This document shows, one piece after another, positions 9,877 through 24,590 of a stretch of 56,418 nucleotides of DNA. Source of the DNA: an uncultured Aquificales bacterium (GTDB taxonomy: Bacteria > Thermosulfidibacterota > Thermosulfidibacteria > Thermosulfidibacterales > Thermosulfidibacteraceae); NCBI GenBank assembly GCA_964453345.1, contig CAYVOC010000004.1, positions 1 through 56,418 of the forward strand. The letters are read 5' to 3'. The notes below the pieces were generated by a model. It made no database searches. It was given only the letters and a program-made list of their open reading frames with translations, and was not told the origin of the DNA. The first letter of the stretch is position 1, and every line of letters begins with the position of its first letter. The translations under genes and the position numbers were made by a program.

Positions 9877-10602
9877 CTACTTACCCTCAAGTATCCTTTT
9901 TTGAAAAGAAATTAATTCCCTGATGCCCTTGGCCGCAAGGGCCAAAAGCCTGTCAAGGGTCTCCTTGTCAAAGGGCCTTTTCTCCGCTGTTCCCTGTATC
10001 TCAACGAACTTGCCTGATCCGGTCATCACAACGTTCATGTCAACCTCTGCGTTGGAGTCCTCCTCAAAGTTGAGATCTAAAATGGGGGTTCCCTTGTAGA
10101 TTCCCACGCTGACCGCCGCAAGGTAATCGGTTATGGGGTTCTCCTTTATCGCCCCTGTCCTAACCAGATACTCCATGGCGTCGTAGAGGGCTATGAAGGC
10201 CCCCGTTATGGCAGCGGTCCTCGTTCCCCCATCGGCCTGAACCACATCGCAGTCTATCCAAACGGTTCTCTCTCCGAGTTTTTCAAGATCAACCACAGCC
10301 CTCAAAGCCCTACCTATAAGGCGCTGTATCTCCTGGGATCTGCCGTTTATCCTGCCCTTGACGGCATCCCTTATTATCCTGGTTTGGGTAGAACGGGGAA
10401 GCATGGCGTATTCAGCGGTTATCCAGCCCGTGCCCGTTCCCTTCAGAAAGGGAGGAACCTTCTCCTCAACAGAGGCGGTGCAGATGACCCTGGTATCCCC
10501 CATCTCTATGAGAACAGATCCCTCGGCGTGCTTCATGTATCCCCTTATGATCCTCACCCTCCTGAGCTTATCCGGCGCTCTTCCATCAGGACGGACGGAC
10601 AT
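9877..10602 (-). CDS. rph: Ribonuclease PH
   Basis: [49 protein letters not shown]. Confidence 0.97.
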   Translation of the reverse strand: MSVRPDGRAPDKLRRVRIIRGYMKHAEGSVLIEMGDTRVICTASVEEKVPPFLKGTGTGWITAEYAMLPRSTQTRIIRDAVKGRINGRSQEIQRLIGRALRAVVDLEKLGERTVWIDCDVVQADGGTRTAAITGAFIALYDAMEYLVRTGAIKENPITDYLAAVSVGIYKGTPILDLNFEEDSNAEVDMNVVMTGSGKFVEIQGTAEKRPFDKETLDRLLALAAKGIRELISFQKRILEGK

Positions 10603-11440
10603 AGCATCCTCCCCTAAAAAGTCGTAGAAGCTGAGAAAGGACCTTCTTCATGTTCTTTCTTTCAACGATCATGTCCACAAAGCCGTGCTCCACAAGGTAT
10701 TCCGCCCTCTGAAACCCCTCGGGCAACTTCTGCCCTATGGTCTGCTCAATCACCCTGGGGCCGGCAAAGCCTATCAAAGCCCCGGGCTCCGCAATCACCA
10801 CATCGGCTATCATGGCAAAGCTGGCCGAAACCCCACCGGTGGTGGGATCGGAAAGTATGGATATAAAGGGAACCCTCGCTTCCGAAACCTTCCTTACGGC
10901 TGCACATGTTTTTGCCATCTGCATGAGGGAAAGGATGCTCTCCTGCATCCTGGCACCGCCCGAGCAGCTGACAATTATGAGGGGCTCTCTTTTGTTTGCG
11001 CTTCTTTCAGCAGCCCTCGCAATCTTTTCGCCAACCACAGATCCCATGCTGCCGCCCAGAAAGCCGAACTCAAAGGCCACAAACTGGACGGGGATCCCAT
11101 CAAGGGTTCCCTCAACGCTCACCACAGCATCCTTCATCCCCGTCTTTTTCTGGGCCTCCTCAAGCCTGTCTTTGTATCTCTTGGTGTCTCTGAACTTCAG
11201 CGGATCCTGGGGTTCAATGTCAGCGTCAAGCTCAACAACGCTTCCCTCATCAAGAAGCATGTTTATCCTCTCCCAGGCGCCTATCCTGAAGTGATAGCCG
11301 CACTTGGGACAGACCTTGAGGTTGCGCTCAACCTCCCTCTTGTAGACGATCTCATTGCATCCGGAACAGGTGACCCAGAGGCTCTGATCAACCTTCTTTC
11401 CCCTTTTAACCCTGCTCAAAGTCTCCTTAAACCACTTCAC
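10586..11440 (-). CDS. accD: Acetyl-CoA carboxylase carboxyltransferase beta subunit
   Basis: C4 finger (CSGC...CPKC), [36 protein letters not shown]. Confidence 0.96.
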   Translation of the reverse strand: MKWFKETLSRVKRGKKVDQSLWVTCSGCNEIVYKREVERNLKVCPKCGYHFRIGAWERINMLLDEGSVVELDADIEPQDPLKFRDTKRYKDRLEEAQKKTGMKDAVVSVEGTLDGIPVQFVAFEFGFLGGSMGSVVGEKIARAAERSANKREPLIIVSCSGGARMQESILSLMQMAKTCAAVRKVSEARVPFISILSDPTTGGVSASFAMIADVVIAEPGALIGFAGPRVIEQTIGQKLPEGFQRAEYLVEHGFVDMIVERKNMKKVLSQLLRLFRGGCYVRPS

Positions 11441-12761
11441 TCCTCAACACCTCCAGTCCTTCCCTCTCAATCCACTCCCTCATGGCCTCAACGGCCCTCT
11501 CATAAAGCATGAGCCTCTTCTTCCTCTTATCCCTCACCCTGACCCCTAAGGGGGGAAGCAGCCCAAAGTTGGCGTTCATGGGCTGAAAATCCTTTTTATC
11601 ATCAGTGGATATGTATCTTAAAAGCGCCCCTATCATGGTGACCTCAGGGGGAACCACGCAAGGATCCCCCATCAAGAGCCTTGAGGCATTCACACCTGCT
11701 ATTATACCCGTCGCCGCCGACTCCATGTATCCCTCAACCCCCGTGATCTGACCGGCAAAAAAGAGGCCCTCATCCTTTTTGGTCTGCAGGGTTGGAAGAA
11801 GCACCTTGGGAGAGTTTATGTAGGTGTTTCTGTGGATGCTTCCGTATCTCAAAAACTCAGCATCCCTAAGAGCAGGTATCAGTCGGAAGACCCTGTCCTG
11901 CTCAGGATACTTCATCTTGGTCTGAAACCCCACCATGTTGAACATACGCCCTTCCCTATCCTCCCTTCTCAGCTGGACAACCGCAAAGGGCTGCTTACCC
12001 GTTCTGGGATCAACAAGCCCCACAGGCCTCATCGGGCCAAAAAGCAGGGTCTCTTTGCCCCTTCTCGCCATCTCCTCAATGGGCATACACCCCTCAAAAA
12101 ACCTCGGCTTTTCAAACTCCTTGAAGGGAACACATTCAGCTGTTATCAAAGCTTCGTAAAACCGATTATACTCCTCTTCAGTAAGAGGGCAGTTGAGATA
12201 ATCACCACTCCCCTTTCCGTATCTGTCACCCCAGAAAGCCTTTGAATAATCTATGCTCTCCCCATCCACTATGGGAGCGATGGCATCGTAAAAACTCAAA
12301 TTCCTTTCCCCAAGAAAGGAGGCTATGGACTCAGCCAAGGCATCAGAAGTCAAAGGACCGGTGGCTATTATACAGGGACGCTCAGGAGGGATTTCCGTCA
12401 CCTCCTCCCTTATCACCTCTATCCTGTCACAGGCCTCAAGCCTCTCTGTAATCATTCCAGCAAATCTGTTTCTATCAACCGCCAAGGCGGAACCCGCCGG
12501 CACCCTGCATATATCCGCGACCCTGAGAAGTTCAGAACCTAAAAGGCGCATCTCGGCCTTCAGCAGACCGGATGCGGTATCGGGAGAGTCGGACTTGAGA
12601 GAGTTGCTGCACACAAGCTCCGCAAAGAGAGAAGTTTTATGGGCCGGGGTCATCTTAACAGGGCGCATCTCGTAAAGGCGCACCCTGAATCCCAGTTTAA
12701 CACAGGCAAAGGCCGCCTCAACCCCGGCCAGACCACCCCCTACGATGGTTACAACGCCCAA
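11427..12761 (-). CDS. trmFO: Folate/FAD-dependent tRNA m5U54 methyltransferase TrmFO (Gid)
   Basis: [61 protein letters not shown]. Confidence 0.96.
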   Translation of the reverse strand: MGVVTIVGGGLAGVEAAFACVKLGFRVRLYEMRPVKMTPAHKTSLFAELVCSNSLKSDSPDTASGLLKAEMRLLGSELLRVADICRVPAGSALAVDRNRFAGMITERLEACDRIEVIREEVTEIPPERPCIIATGPLTSDALAESIASFLGERNLSFYDAIAPIVDGESIDYSKAFWGDRYGKGSGDYLNCPLTEEEYNRFYEALITAECVPFKEFEKPRFFEGCMPIEEMARRGKETLLFGPMRPVGLVDPRTGKQPFAVVQLRREDREGRMFNMVGFQTKMKYPEQDRVFRLIPALRDAEFLRYGSIHRNTYINSPKVLLPTLQTKKDEGLFFAGQITGVEGYMESAATGIIAGVNASRLLMGDPCVVPPEVTMIGALLRYISTDDKKDFQPMNANFGLLPPLGVRVRDKRKKRLMLYERAVEAMREWIEREGLEVLRSEVV

Positions 12762-12770
12762 AACACCTAT

Positions 12771-13151
12771 TTACTCTTCGGACTCAGAAACGCTTTTTGC
12801 GTCAACAAGCTCCACAATGGCCATTTCCGCATTATCACCGCGCCTCGGTCCTATCCTGTAGATGCGGGTGTAGCCCCCGTTTCTATCGGCGTATCTCTCC
12901 GGAGCCTCCCTTATGATCTTGTAGGCCACAGCCTTCTCGGTTATGTATCCAAAAACCCTTCTCTTGCTGGCAAGATCCCCCTTCTTGGCCCAGTTTATCA
13001 CCTTATCAACCCAGGGCCTCATGGCCTTGGCCTTGGCCTCGGTGGTCTCTATGCGCTCATGCTTCAAAAGAGCCGTGACAAGATTCCTTATAAGCATATT
13101 ACGGTGCTCCGCTGTCCTGCTCAGCTTGACCTTCTTGACCCTGTGCCTCAT
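12771..13151 (-). CDS. rplQ: 50S ribosomal protein L17
   Basis: MRHR...IETTEAKAK...RNGGYTRI...RRGDNAEMA. Confidence 0.98.
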   Translation of the reverse strand: MRHRVKKVKLSRTAEHRNMLIRNLVTALLKHERIETTEAKAKAMRPWVDKVINWAKKGDLASKRRVFGYITEKAVAYKIIREAPERYADRNGGYTRIYRIGPRRGDNAEMAIVELVDAKSVSESEE

Positions 13152-14131
13152 CCCTCAACCTCCTGATCAAGTTCCATACCCAGAGAAAGACCCAAGGATT
13201 CCAGAACCCTCTCAACCTCTTCAAGGGACTTTTTGCCAAAGTTCTTGAGGCTCATGAGGTCTTCCCTCTTCAGCCTCACAAGCTCACCAACGGTGTTTAT
13301 CCCCTTCTTTTTCAAGCAGTTGTAGGCCCTTACAGAGAGGTTCAGCTCCTCTATGCCCATCCTGAGCTTCTCCTCCAGCTCATCGGAAACCCCGGCCGCC
13401 TCAGCCTCAGCGGTGATCTCCTCCCCAACCTCAATGGAGAAGAGAAGCTCTATGTGATCCTTCAAGATCTGCAGAGCCATCTTGAAGGCATCAAGGGCGG
13501 CAACGGCGCCGCTGGTCCATATCTCAAGGATCAGTTTGTCGTAATTGGTGGCGCGTCCGAGCCTGGCCTGCTCCACCTGAAAGTTAACCTTCCTCACAGG
13601 GGTAAACACCGCATCAACAAGAATGGTCCCCACAGGATACTCCTGTAGGTTCCTCTCCTCAGTTGGCAGATACCCCTTACCCTCCTCAACTATCAGCTCC
13701 ATATTGAGGGTGGTATCCTCCCTATCCAAGGTGGCTATAAGAAGATCCGGATTGAGTATCTCCACGCTCGGAGGGGTCTTTATATCCTTAGCGTAAACCT
13801 TGCCCGGACCCCTCGCCTCAAGGGTAAGGGTCACAGGCTCCTCTATCTCCCCCTTTATGTTAAGCTGCTTTATATTGAGGATTATATCGGTCACATCCTC
13901 CCTGACCCCGGGGATAGATGTGAACTCGTGGTAAACCCCCTCTATCTTTACGGCCGTAACGGCGCATCCAGGGATGGAGGAGAGCAAGACCCTCCTCAAA
14001 GCGTTCCCTATGGTGATTCCGTATCCCCTGTCGAGGGGTTCCACCACAACCTTGCAGTAGGTATCGCTCAGGGTATCCTGCTCAACAAGGAGCTTGGTGG
14101 GGCGTATAATATAATTCCAAGTATCAAACAT
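13148..14131 (-). CDS. rpoA: RNA polymerase alpha subunit
   Basis: [44 protein letters not shown]. Confidence 0.98.
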   Translation of the reverse strand: MFDTWNYIIRPTKLLVEQDTLSDTYCKVVVEPLDRGYGITIGNALRRVLLSSIPGCAVTAVKIEGVYHEFTSIPGVREDVTDIILNIKQLNIKGEIEEPVTLTLEARGPGKVYAKDIKTPPSVEILNPDLLIATLDREDTTLNMELIVEEGKGYLPTEERNLQEYPVGTILVDAVFTPVRKVNFQVEQARLGRATNYDKLILEIWTSGAVAALDAFKMALQILKDHIELLFSIEVGEEITAEAEAAGVSDELEEKLRMGIEELNLSVRAYNCLKKKGINTVGELVRLKREDLMSLKNFGKKSLEEVERVLESLGLSLGMELDQEVEG

Positions 14132-14146
14132 TTAACTATCCCTCCC

Positions 14147-14770
14147 TTACTTGGAGTATAGCTCCACAATCAGCATCTCGTTAACCGGAATCTGCACATC
14201 GGAACGCTCAGGTATCGCCTTGAAGACACCCTTCTTGTTCTCAAAGTCCACCTCAAGCCAGTGGGGAACGCCCCTGAACTCGGCAAGCTCAATAGCAGCC
14301 TGAACCCTCTCAGAATCCTTCATCTTGGGGTGTATCTCTATAACATCTCCGGGCTTCACCAGATAGCTGGGAATGTCAACCTTCCTGCCGTTAACAAGCA
14401 CATGGCCGTGGCTGACAAGCTGCCTTGCATCCCTACGGGAAGAGGCAAAGCCCATCCTATAGACCACATTGTCAAGGCGCCTTTCAAGCAGCTTGATAAG
14501 GTTTTCACCTGTAAGCCCCTTCATCTTGGAGGCCATCTCAAAGTAGCGCTTGAACTGGTCCTCCTGAACCCCGTATATCCTCTTCAGTTTCTGCTTCTCA
14601 CGCAGACGTATACCATACTCGGAAAGCTTGGATCTTCTCCTGCCGTGCTGTCCGGGAGGATAGTTTCTCCTCTCAAGGGGGCACTTATCCGAAAGGCATT
14701 TCGCCCCCTTAAGGAACAACTTCACTCCCTCTCTCCTACACAGCCTGCAAACAGGTCCTGTATACCTCAA
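14147..14770 (-). CDS. rpsD: 30S ribosomal protein S4 (zinc-binding form)
   Basis: [40 protein letters not shown] start. Confidence 0.98.
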   Translation of the reverse strand: MRYTGPVCRLCRREGVKLFLKGAKCLSDKCPLERRNYPPGQHGRRRSKLSEYGIRLREKQKLKRIYGVQEDQFKRYFEMASKMKGLTGENLIKLLERRLDNVVYRMGFASSRRDARQLVSHGHVLVNGRKVDIPSYLVKPGDVIEIHPKMKDSERVQAAIELAEFRGVPHWLEVDFENKKGVFKAIPERSDVQIPVNEMLIVELYSK

Positions 14771-14784
14771 GGCTCATCCCTCCT

Positions 14785-15177
14785 TTAAACCCTTCTTCTT
14801 CTCGGTGGACGACAACCATCATGAGGCAAGGGCGTAACATCCTTTATAAGGGTTATATTCAACCCGGCAGCCGCAAGGGCCCTTATGGCAGCCTCTCTGC
14901 CCGGGCCGGGACCCTTCACATGCACCTCAACATGCCTCATACCGGCCTGATCCATGGCCTTTTTAGCCGCCTCCTGGGCTGCAAGCTGGGCAGCGTAGGG
15001 AGTGCTCTTTCTGGTTCCCTTGAAGCCAACGCTGCCGGCGCTGGCCCAGCAGACGGTGTTACCCTGCGGATCGGTTATTGTAACTATGGTGTTGTTAAAG
15101 GTGGCCTGGATATGGGCAATTCCAGATGGAACAAGCTTCTTTTCCTTCTTCTTGCCTCTCCTGCGCCTCTTAGCCAT
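14785..15177 (-). CDS. rpsK: 30S ribosomal protein S11
   Basis: [39 protein letters not shown]. Confidence 0.98.
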   Translation of the reverse strand: MAKRRRRGKKKEKKLVPSGIAHIQATFNNTIVTITDPQGNTVCWASAGSVGFKGTRKSTPYAAQLAAQEAAKKAMDQAGMRHVEVHVKGPGPGREAAIRALAAAGLNITLIKDVTPLPHDGCRPPRRRRV

Positions 15178-15202
15178 GGGACAAATCCTCCTAAAAACTT
15201 AC

Positions 15203-15589
15203 TTACTTTTTGGCTCCCCTCTTCTTACCTCTACCAGCCACGGTCTTCCTGGGACCCTTTCTGGTCCTTGCGTTTGTCCTGGTCCTCTGACCCCTGACGG
15301 GAAGGCCCATAATGTGCCTGAGGCCCCTGTAGCACCCGATATCTATCAGGCGCTTTATGTTCATGGCGATCTCTTTTCTGAGCTCACCCTCAACCTTATA
15401 CTCCTTGTCGATTATGTCCCTGATCTTGCTTATCTCCTCAGGGGTCAGATCCTTCACCCTCTTATCCGGATCAACACCGGCCTTGGCAAGGATCTTCTTG
15501 GAAGACGAAAGACCTATACCAAAGATGTAGGTGAGGGCTATCTCAATCCTTTTGTTCTTGGGAAGATCAACACCGGCAATACGAGCCAT
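15203..15589 (-). CDS. rpsM: 30S ribosomal protein S13
   Basis: [33 protein letters not shown]. Confidence 0.98.
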   Translation of the reverse strand: MARIAGVDLPKNKRIEIALTYIFGIGLSSSKKILAKAGVDPDKRVKDLTPEEISKIRDIIDKEYKVEGELRKEIAMNIKRLIDIGCYRGLRHIMGLPVRGQRTRTNARTRKGPRKTVAGRGKKRGAKK

Positions 15590-15601
15590 ACCGCATCCTC
15601 C

Positions 15602-15715
15602 TTAACCCTGCCTCTGTTTGTGTCTCGGGTCCTTACAGATGACCCTGACGACGCCCTTCCTGCGAATTATCTTGCAGTGGGCGCACCTCTTCTTCACAGA
15701 TGCCCTGACCTTCAT
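15602..15715 (-). CDS. rpmJ: 50S ribosomal protein L36
   Basis: Hand translation [37 protein letters not shown]; below the ORF-track length cutoff. Confidence 0.97.
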
Positions 15716-15730
15716 GAGCAACCTCCCAAA

Positions 15731-15955
15731 CTACAGCCTGTAAATTATTCTTCCCCTTGTGGGATCGTAGGCCGATATCTCCACCTTCACCTTGTCCCCG
15801 GGCAGAATCCTTATGAAGTTCATGCGCATCTTGCCAGACACATGGGCAAGTATCTTCATCCCGTTCTCCAGCTCCACCCTGAACATGGCGTTGGGCAAAG
15901 GCTCTATAACCGTTCCCACAAGCTCTATGGTATCCTTCTTCTTAGGCATCCTCAT
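15731..15955 (-). CDS. infA: Translation initiation factor IF-1 (start 15955 or 15949)
   Basis: [38 protein letters not shown]. Confidence 0.97.
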   Translation of the reverse strand: MRMPKKKDTIELVGTVIEPLPNAMFRVELENGMKILAHVSGKMRMNFIRILPGDKVKVEISAYDPTRGRIIYRL

Positions 15956-16721
15956 CCCACGGTGTAAGTATTTGCGGCCCCGTCTCCAAAACCGCTATGG
16001 TATGCTCAAAATGGGCCGCTAACGACCCATCCTTAGTCACGGCCGTCCAGCCATCCTCCTTCGTAACGGCCTCTCCGGAACCCATGGCAACCATGGGTTC
16101 TATAGCCAAGGTCATCCCCTCTCTTATAAGCTCACCCACACCCGCAACGCCATCGTTGGGAATAGAGGGATCCTCGTGGATCCTTTTTCCCACGCCATGG
16201 CCACAGTAATCCCTGACCGGCGAAAAGCCATGGCTCTTAACAAAACTTCCTATGGCATTGCTGATATCCCCTATCCTGTTTCCAGGATAGGCCTTTGATA
16301 TTCCTATGTAAAGGGCCTTTTTTGTCACCTCAACCAGCTTTTTAACCTGCTCGGGCACATCGCCAATTATGTAGGTGCATGCAGCATCGCTAAAATAGCC
16401 CTGGTAGTTTACCCCCATGTCCACGCTCACAATGTCCCCTTCCTTAAGCACCCTCCTCTTGGAGGGGAGACCATGAACTATCTCATTATTGACCGATATG
16501 CAAGTGGCAAAGGGGTACTTTTTGGAGGAAAAGCCCGGCCTATACCCCTTAAAGGCAGGCCTGCCTCCCAACTTCCTTATCATCTCCTCAGCCTTTTTAT
16601 TTATCGCCCAGGTTGTTATCCCAGCCCTTATAAAACCCTTCAGCTCTCTTAAAACCCTCGCTAAGATCTCCCCGCTCTTTCTTATCTTTTCGATCTCCTC
16701 AGGGGTTTTTATAATAACCAT
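15942..16721 (-). CDS. map: Methionine aminopeptidase type I
   Basis: [38 protein letters not shown]. Confidence 0.97.
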   Translation of the reverse strand: MVIIKTPEEIEKIRKSGEILARVLRELKGFIRAGITTWAINKKAEEMIRKLGGRPAFKGYRPGFSSKKYPFATCISVNNEIVHGLPSKRRVLKEGDIVSVDMGVNYQGYFSDAACTYIIGDVPEQVKKLVEVTKKALYIGISKAYPGNRIGDISNAIGSFVKSHGFSPVRDYCGHGVGKRIHEDPSIPNDGVAGVGELIREGMTLAIEPMVAMGSGEAVTKEDGWTAVTKDGSLAAHFEHTIAVLETGPQILTPWDEDA

Positions 16722-18669
<1,948 letters not shown>

Positions 18670-18673
<4 letters not shown>

Positions 18674-19119
18674 CTAAGCACCTCCACCTTGCCCCCCGCC
18701 GCCTCTATCTTTTTCACGGCGGAAGAGCTGAAGGCGTGAGCCTTAACGGTGAGGGCCTTGGTAAGCTCCCCATCACCAAGGACTTTTAGGCCATCCTTGC
18801 CCAGCTTCCTAACAATCCTTCTCTCAAGCAAAACCTCAGGGGTCACCACGTCACCGTCGTTGAAGTAGCGCTCAAGGGTTTTGACATTTATCTCGGCATA
18901 CTCCTTGGGGTTGGGGTTTTTGAAACCTCTTTTGGGAAGACGTCTATGAATGGGGGTCTGTCCACCCTCAAACCAGGCGGGAACGCCTCCACCCGATCTG
19001 GCCTTCTGCCCCTTGTGTCCCCTGCAGGAAGTCTTCCCGTGGCCAGATCCAGGACCTCTTCCCACCCTCTTTCTTCTATGGGTGGCTCCATACTTGGGTG
19101 CAAGCTCATGCAGCCTCAT
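18670..19119 (-). CDS. rplO: 50S ribosomal protein L15
   Basis: [28 protein letters not shown]. Confidence 0.98.
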
Positions 19120-19121
19120 GT

Positions 19122-19313
19122 TTAACCCTCCTCTATCTCCCTGACAGAAACAAGATGGGAAACTTTTTTTATCATACCCAGCACGCAGGGATTGGCCTCC
19201 CTGATCACCGTCTGCCCAGGCTTTCTAAGACCTAAGGACCTAACGGTAGCCTTCTCCCTCTTGGATCTGGCAGCAAGTCCCCTTACAAGCTTTATCTCAA
19301 GCTTTTTGGCCAT
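19122..19313 (-). CDS. rpmD: 50S ribosomal protein L30
   Basis: [12 protein letters not shown]...SLGLRK...[10 protein letters not shown]; start after SD GGGAGG; lies between rpsE and rplO. Confidence 0.93.
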   Translation of the reverse strand: MAKKLEIKLVRGLAARSKREKATVRSLGLRKPGQTVIREANPCVLGMIKKVSHLVSVREIEEG

Positions 19314-19332
19314 GACACTACCTCCCAGCTTA

Positions 19333-19860
19333 TCAGTAACCCACAATCTCCCTTATGCTCTTGCCCCTGGACTCAGCCACCTCTTCTATGGTTCTCAACA
19401 TGCTCAAAGCCTTGATGGTTGCCTTCACCACGTTTATCGGGTTGTTGGAGCCGAGGCTCTTTGCGAGCACATTCTTTATACCCACACAGTCCATCACTGC
19501 ACGCACAGGCCCACTTGCAATAACTCCGGTTCCCGGAGCAGCAGGTTTCAAAAGCACCTTTGAAGCGCAGAACTTGGCCTGAACCTCGTGGGGTATTGTA
19601 GCCCCCTTGGCTATGGGCACCCTCACCAGATTCTTCTTAGCCTGCTCTATGGCCTTCCTTATGGCATCGGGCACCTCTCTGGCCTTGCCCATACCATATC
19701 CAACAACACCATTGCCGTCACCCACCACCACAAGAGCAGAAAACTTAAAAATCCTTCCACCCTTAACAACCTTGGCAACCCTGTTTATGAATACCACCCT
19801 GTCCTGAAGCTCAAGCCCCTCAGGAGATACCCTTTCAAGCTTTCTTATCATCAGATTCAT
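19333..19860 (-). CDS. rpsE: 30S ribosomal protein S5
   Basis: [38 protein letters not shown]. Confidence 0.98.
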   Translation of the reverse strand: MNLMIRKLERVSPEGLELQDRVVFINRVAKVVKGGRIFKFSALVVVGDGNGVVGYGMGKAREVPDAIRKAIEQAKKNLVRVPIAKGATIPHEVQAKFCASKVLLKPAAPGTGVIASGPVRAVMDCVGIKNVLAKSLGSNNPINVVKATIKALSMLRTIEEVAESRGKSIREIVGY

Positions 19861-19875
19861 AACGCCATCCCCTCC

Positions 19876-20238
19876 TTAAAACTCTAAGCCTCCTTCTCTG
19901 GCTCCCTCGGCCAACTCCTTAACCCTACCATGATACTTGTATCCAGCCCTGTCAAAGACCACCTTCTTTATGCCCTTCTCCAGGGCCCTTTTCGCTATCA
20001 TAAGCCCCACTATCCTGGCGCCTTCCTTGTTGCTGCCCCTTTTATCCTTGGGAAATTCCTTATCAAGGCTTGAGGCAGAAACGAGGGTATGCCCAATGGT
20101 ATCGTCTATTATCTGGGCGTATATGTGCTTAAGGCTCCTGAAGACCACAAGACGGGGTCTCTCAGGAGTTCCAAACACCTTCTTTCTAACCCTCAGATGC
20201 CTTCTCTTACGCTTTTCTACCTTAGTAAGCCGCGCCAT
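19876..20238 (-). CDS. rplR: 50S ribosomal protein L18
   Basis: [31 protein letters not shown]. Confidence 0.98.
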   Translation of the reverse strand: MARLTKVEKRKRRHLRVRKKVFGTPERPRLVVFRSLKHIYAQIIDDTIGHTLVSASSLDKEFPKDKRGSNKEGARIVGLMIAKRALEKGIKKVVFDRAGYKYHGRVKELAEGAREGGLEF

Positions 20239-20260
20239 GAGCCCACTCCTCCCGAAAGAA

Positions 20261-20809
20261 TTACTTCTTACCGACCTTTCCGGCCTTACCGGCTTTCCTG
20301 CGAATCTCCTCTCCCTCGTATCTTATACCCTTGCCCTTGTAGGGCTCAGGCGGTCTCTTAGCCCTTATCTCGGCCGCAACCTGCCCCACCTTCTCCTTAT
20401 CAATGCCCTTGACCACAATTCTCGTGGGGATGGGACACTCTATGGTTATCCCCTCGGGAATTTCATACTCAACAGGATGGCTGTAGCCGAGCTGCATAAC
20501 CAGTTTTTTGCCTTTAACCTCGGCCCTGTAACCGACACCCACTATGTCAAGCACCTTCTGATAGCCCTTGGTAACGCCTATGATCATGTTGTTGAGCAAG
20601 GTTCTGCTGAGACCGTGCAGGGACTTATCAAGCTTGCTGTCGGAAAGCCTCTCCACCCTTATAACATCTCCCTCTCTGACAAACTTAACCCTGGGATGGA
20701 ACTCCCTATACAGCTCGCCAAGGGGTCCTTTAACCCTAACCCTGTTGCCATCTATGGTCACTTCCACTCCCTTGGGGATCTCCACAGGCAACCTACCGAT
20801 CCTGGACAT
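20261..20809 (-). CDS. rplF: 50S ribosomal protein L6
   Basis: [29 protein letters not shown]. Confidence 0.98.
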   Translation of the reverse strand: MSRIGRLPVEIPKGVEVTIDGNRVRVKGPLGELYREFHPRVKFVREGDVIRVERLSDSKLDKSLHGLSRTLLNNMIIGVTKGYQKVLDIVGVGYRAEVKGKKLVMQLGYSHPVEYEIPEGITIECPIPTRIVVKGIDKEKVGQVAAEIRAKRPPEPYKGKGIRYEGEEIRRKAGKAGKVGKK

Positions 20810-20820
20810 GGGACGACCTC

Positions 20821-21219
20821 CTACCAGACATCACAGATATACTCTCCACCAATTCCCAACTTCTTGGCTTCCTTATTGGTCATAACACCCTTTGAGGTGC
20901 TGATAATGGCTATTCCAAGGCCTCCCAGAACCTTGGGAAGCTCATCCTTGCTCACATATATGCGCCTTCCAGGCTTGCTGACCCTTCTCAAACCCCTGAT
21001 AACGCTCTCACCCTTGTAGTATTTCAGCTTTATTATGATCTTGTCCTGAACGGGATCCTCTTTGATGGTGTAATCCTCTATAAAGCCCTCTTCTTTGAGG
21101 ATTCTGGCAATCTCCTTTTTGATTCCGGAGGCGGGAATTTCAACCGTCTCCTTTTTTACCATAAGGGCATTTCTTATTCTGGTAAGCATGTCAGCAATGG
21201 GATCCGTCATCATGGCCAC
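20821..21219 (-). CDS. rpsH: 30S ribosomal protein S8
   Basis: [29 protein letters not shown]; exact start codon uncertain. Confidence 0.98.
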   Translation of the reverse strand: MAMMTDPIADMLTRIRNALMVKKETVEIPASGIKKEIARILKEEGFIEDYTIKEDPVQDKIIIKLKYYKGESVIRGLRRVSKPGRRIYVSKDELPKVLGGLGIAIISTSKGVMTNKEAKKLGIGGEYICDVW

Positions 21220-21222
21220 ACC

Positions 21223-21408
21223 TCACCAGCTCGCCTTTCTAACACCGGGGATTTTGCCCTCAAGCGCAAGGCGCCTGAAACAGATCCTGCAGAGGTTAAA
21301 CTTTCTCAAGTATCCTCTGGCCCTGCCACAAATGGGGCAACGGTTTCTGTAGCGCACCTTAAACTTGGGGGGCTTTTTCATCTTTTCCATCTGCGCCTTT
21401 CTCGCCAC
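21223..21408 (-). CDS. rpsN: 30S ribosomal protein S14 (short zinc type)
   Basis: [11 protein letters not shown]...LCRICFR...PGVRKASW. Confidence 0.97.
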   Translation of the reverse strand: MARKAQMEKMKKPPKFKVRYRNRCPICGRARGYLRKFNLCRICFRRLALEGKIPGVRKASW

Positions 21409-21411
21409 AGC

Positions 21412-21963
21412 TTACCTCCTCCTTCTCCTGAATGGCATTCCAAGTTTTTCCAGAAGGGCCTTGGCCTCCTCATCGGTTTCCGCAGTGGTCACAATGGTCA
21501 CAGAAAGGCCCCTCACCTTGTCTATGGTATCGTAGTTGATCTCGTGAAAGATTATCTGCTCAGGGATACCCAAAGTGTAGTTGCCCCTGCCATCGAAGGA
21601 TTTATCCGAAACACCCCTGAAATCCCTAACGCGGGGCAAAGCCAAGGTGATGAGTCTGTCCAGAAACTCCCACATTCTGTCCTTTCTAAGGGTCACCATA
21701 ACGCCTATGGGCATTCCCTTTCTCAGCTTAAACTGAGCAATGGATTTTTTGGCTCGCCTTATGCAGGGCCTTTGCCCTGCAATGGCGGCAAGCTGCTCCA
21801 TGGCGTGATCAACAACCTTGGGATTCTGGACCGCCTCGCCTATTCCCATATTGAGAACTATCTTGGTGATGCGAGGCACCTCCATGATGTTCTTATAACC
21901 AAACTCCTTCATAAGCTCAGGGACAACTTCCTTGTAATATTTCTCCTTCAGACGAGGTTCCAT
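21412..21963 (-). CDS. rplE: 50S ribosomal protein L5
   Basis: [26 protein letters not shown]. Confidence 0.98.
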   Translation of the reverse strand: MEPRLKEKYYKEVVPELMKEFGYKNIMEVPRITKIVLNMGIGEAVQNPKVVDHAMEQLAAIAGQRPCIRRAKKSIAQFKLRKGMPIGVMVTLRKDRMWEFLDRLITLALPRVRDFRGVSDKSFDGRGNYTLGIPEQIIFHEINYDTIDKVRGLSVTIVTTAETDEEAKALLEKLGMPFRRRRR

Positions 21964-21981
21964 ACCCGTCTCTCCTTTCCT

Positions 21982-22299
21982 TTATTTGTCAATAACTTCT
22001 CCGCACTTTTTACATTTCCTAACCTTGGTCCCATCCTCCAAGAAGGTGAAGCCCACCCTCGTAGCCTGCCCGCACTTGGGACACAGCAGCATAACGTTCG
22101 ATACATGTATGGGAGCGGGCATCTCTATGATCCCACCCGGTTTTGTAGCTGTGGGGCGCTGATGCTTTTTAACGATATTTACACCCTCAACCACAAGCCT
22201 CTGCTTTTTGGGTAGAACCCTTATAACCTTACCCTTTTTGCCTTTGTCCTTGCCGGCTATGACAACCACGAGGTCTTCCCTTTTTATCTTCGCAGCCAT
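21982..22299 (-). CDS. rplX: 50S ribosomal protein L24
   Basis: [22 protein letters not shown]; start MAAKIK after SD GAGGGAG. Confidence 0.97.
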   Translation of the reverse strand: MAAKIKREDLVVVIAGKDKGKKGKVIRVLPKKQRLVVEGVNIVKKHQRPTATKPGGIIEMPAPIHVSNVMLLCPKCGQATRVGFTFLEDGTKVRKCKKCGEVIDK

Positions 22300-22312
22300 G
22301 ATCACTCCCTCA

Positions 22313-22681
22313 TCATATAACTTCGGGGGCAAGGGATATAATTCTCATAAAGCCCTTGTTCCTCAATTCCCTGGCCACAGGGCCAAAAATACGGGTTCCC
22401 AGAGGCTCCCCGTTGGGCTTGATCAGCACAACCGAATTCCTATCAAACCTTATGTAGGACCCATCCGGGCGCCTCTGCTCTTTAACGGTTCTTATAACCA
22501 CAGCCCTGTGAACCTCGCCCTTCTTCACATGCCCATCGGGGGTTGACTCCTTCACAGTAACAACTATCACATCCCCCAAACGGGCATACCTTTTACTTGA
22601 ACCACCGAGCACCCTGATACACATAGCCTTCTTAGCACCGGTGTTATCAGCCACCTCAACCATTGTCGTTGGCTGTATCAT
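22313..22681 (-). CDS. rplN: 50S ribosomal protein L14
   Basis: [36 protein letters not shown]. Confidence 0.98.
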   Translation of the reverse strand: MIQPTTMVEVADNTGAKKAMCIRVLGGSSKRYARLGDVIVVTVKESTPDGHVKKGEVHRAVVIRTVKEQRRPDGSYIRFDRNSVVLIKPNGEPLGTRIFGPVARELRNKGFMRIISLAPEVI

Positions 22682-22937
22682 CGGTCACCCTCTCCCTTCT
22701 TTCTAAGATTTCAACCACTCTCCACCTTTTAAGTTTGCTAAGAGGCCTGGTCTCCATGATCTTAACAACATCGCCTATGCGGCACTCATTGTTCTCATCA
22801 TGGGCGTAGAACTTCTTGTGTTTCTTAACAACCTTTCCGTAAACAGGATGACGAAAGGCCCTCTCAACCCTCACCACCACCGTTTTGTCCATCTTATCGG
22901 AAACCACTTCCCCTATGAGCACCTTCCTTTTACCCAT
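22656..22937 (-). CDS. rpsQ: 30S ribosomal protein S17
   Basis: [24 protein letters not shown]. Confidence 0.98.
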   Translation of the reverse strand: MGKRKVLIGEVVSDKMDKTVVVRVERAFRHPVYGKVVKKHKKFYAHDENNECRIGDVVKIMETRPLSKLKRWRVVEILERRERVTDDTANDNG

Positions 22938-22946
22938 CTACCCACC

Positions 22947-23144
22947 TCATCTTATACCCAGTTCTTTTTCCCTTATAACGGTAAGAACGCGGGCCAGATC
23001 CCGCTTTAGTTGCCTATACTTTGCAGGATTGTCAAGCCTGCCTATGGATTTCTGAAAGCGCATATCCATCAGCTCCTTGCGCAGCTCCCTCTCCTTCTGC
23101 CTCAGCTCCGCTATGCTCAAAGCCCTGAGTTCCGAAGCCTTCAT
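22947..23144 (-). CDS. rpmC: 50S ribosomal protein L29
   Basis: MKASELR...LDNPAK...KRDLARVLT. Confidence 0.95.
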   Translation of the reverse strand: MKASELRALSIAELRQKERELRKELMDMRFQKSIGRLDNPAKYRQLKRDLARVLTVIREKELGIR

Positions 23145-23161
23145 GATAGCTACCCCCGCCA

Positions 23162-23572
23162 TCAATCGTTTCTGGAAACGATCTTTGTCTTTATGGGAAG
23201 CTTGTAGGATGCAAGCCTCAAGGCCTCTCTGGCAAGATCCTCAGAAACACCCGCTATTTCAAAGAGAATCCTTCCAGGTTTGACCACGGCAACCCAGTAT
23301 TCGGGACTTCCCTTACCCTTACCCATACGGGTCTCAGCAGGCTTCTTGGTAACAGGCTTATCGGGGAAGATCCTGATCCAGACCTTGGCTCCCCTTTTAA
23401 CGTGCCTGGTAATGGCCACTCTTGCGGCCTCTATCTGCTGGGCGGTTATCCAGGCAGGCTCCAAGGCCTTCAATCCAAACTCACCAAAGGCTATATCACA
23501 GCCCCTGGTGGCTATTCCGCACATTCTACCCCTTTGCTGCTTTCTCCACTTTACCCTCTTAGGCGCCAACAT
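23162..23572 (-). CDS. rplP: 50S ribosomal protein L16
   Basis: QIEAAR, WIRIFPD, RMGKGKG, KLPIKT. Confidence 0.98.
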   Translation of the reverse strand: MLAPKRVKWRKQQRGRMCGIATRGCDIAFGEFGLKALEPAWITAQQIEAARVAITRHVKRGAKVWIRIFPDKPVTKKPAETRMGKGKGSPEYWVAVVKPGRILFEIAGVSEDLAREALRLASYKLPIKTKIVSRND

Positions 23573-24227
23573 TTGTGCTCTCCTCCGCAGGCTTTCTCTT
23601 TTCCTCTATTATGTCGCCCTTGTATATCCAGACCTTGACACCTATCACACCGTATTTGGTTATGGCCTCGGCAAAACCGTAATCTATATCGGCCCTTATG
23701 GTCTGAAGAGGCAGCCTTCCCTCCCTATACCACTCGGTTCTGGCCATATCCACACCGCCAAGCCTTCCGGAACACTCAACCCTTATCCCCTTGGCCCCGA
23801 ACTTTATGGCCACATTTATGGCGCGCTTCATGGCACGCCTGTGGGATACACGCCTCTCTATCTGCATGGCAATGTTTTCGGCAACAAGCTGCGCATCTAT
23901 CTCGGGAACGGGAACCTCCCTAACATTTATCTCAACCTGCCCCGTCACAAACTTGGTGAGTTCATTCTTTAACCTTTCAACCTCAGCCCCCTTCCTGCCT
24001 ATGACGAGGCCAGGCCTTGCAGCATAGATAAAGATCTTAACCTTGTCGGCCATTCTCTCTATAATCACCTTGGATATACCGGCATGGTAGAACTTGCTCT
24101 TTATGAGGTTCCTTATGCGCAGATCCTCGTGGAGTTTCTTGGCGTAATCCTTTTTAGCAAACCACTTGGACTCCCAATCCTTGGTTATTCCAAGCCTAAA
24201 CCCTATGGGATGAACCTTCTGTCCCAA
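23559..24227 (-). CDS. rpsC: 30S ribosomal protein S3
   Basis: [36 protein letters not shown]. Confidence 0.98.
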   Translation of the reverse strand: MGQKVHPIGFRLGITKDWESKWFAKKDYAKKLHEDLRIRNLIKSKFYHAGISKVIIERMADKVKIFIYAARPGLVIGRKGAEVERLKNELTKFVTGQVEINVREVPVPEIDAQLVAENIAMQIERRVSHRRAMKRAINVAIKFGAKGIRVECSGRLGGVDMARTEWYREGRLPLQTIRADIDYGFAEAITKYGVIGVKVWIYKGDIIEEKRKPAEESTNVGA

Positions 24228-24238
24228 ACTCCCACCTC

Positions 24239-24577
24239 CTATCTTCTTTCGTCAAGCTCTATGGTAATGTGGCTTGTCTTTTTCCTTATCAGATATGCCC
24301 TGCCCATGGCCCTGGGCCTTATCCTCTTGAGCATGGGACCCTGATCCACATAGATTTTGCTAACATACAGGGCATCCACATCCACTATATCGGGAGAGAC
24401 CTCGGCATTGGCTATGGCAGACCTTAACAACTTTTCTATAATCCTGGCCGCCTTTTTCGGCGTAAACCTCAAGATGGTCAAGGCCTCCTCAACGTCCTTT
24501 CCCCTTATCATATCCGCAACAACCCTGGCCTTCCTGGGCGAGATTCTGGCGTATCTTAAAACCGCTCTGGCCGGCAT
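24239..24577 (-). CDS. rplV: 50S ribosomal protein L22
   Basis: [27 protein letters not shown]. Confidence 0.98.
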   Translation of the reverse strand: MPARAVLRYARISPRKARVVADMIRGKDVEEALTILRFTPKKAARIIEKLLRSAIANAEVSPDIVDVDALYVSKIYVDQGPMLKRIRPRAMGRAYLIRKKTSHITIELDERR

Positions 24578-24590
24578 GGCTCCTCCCCTC

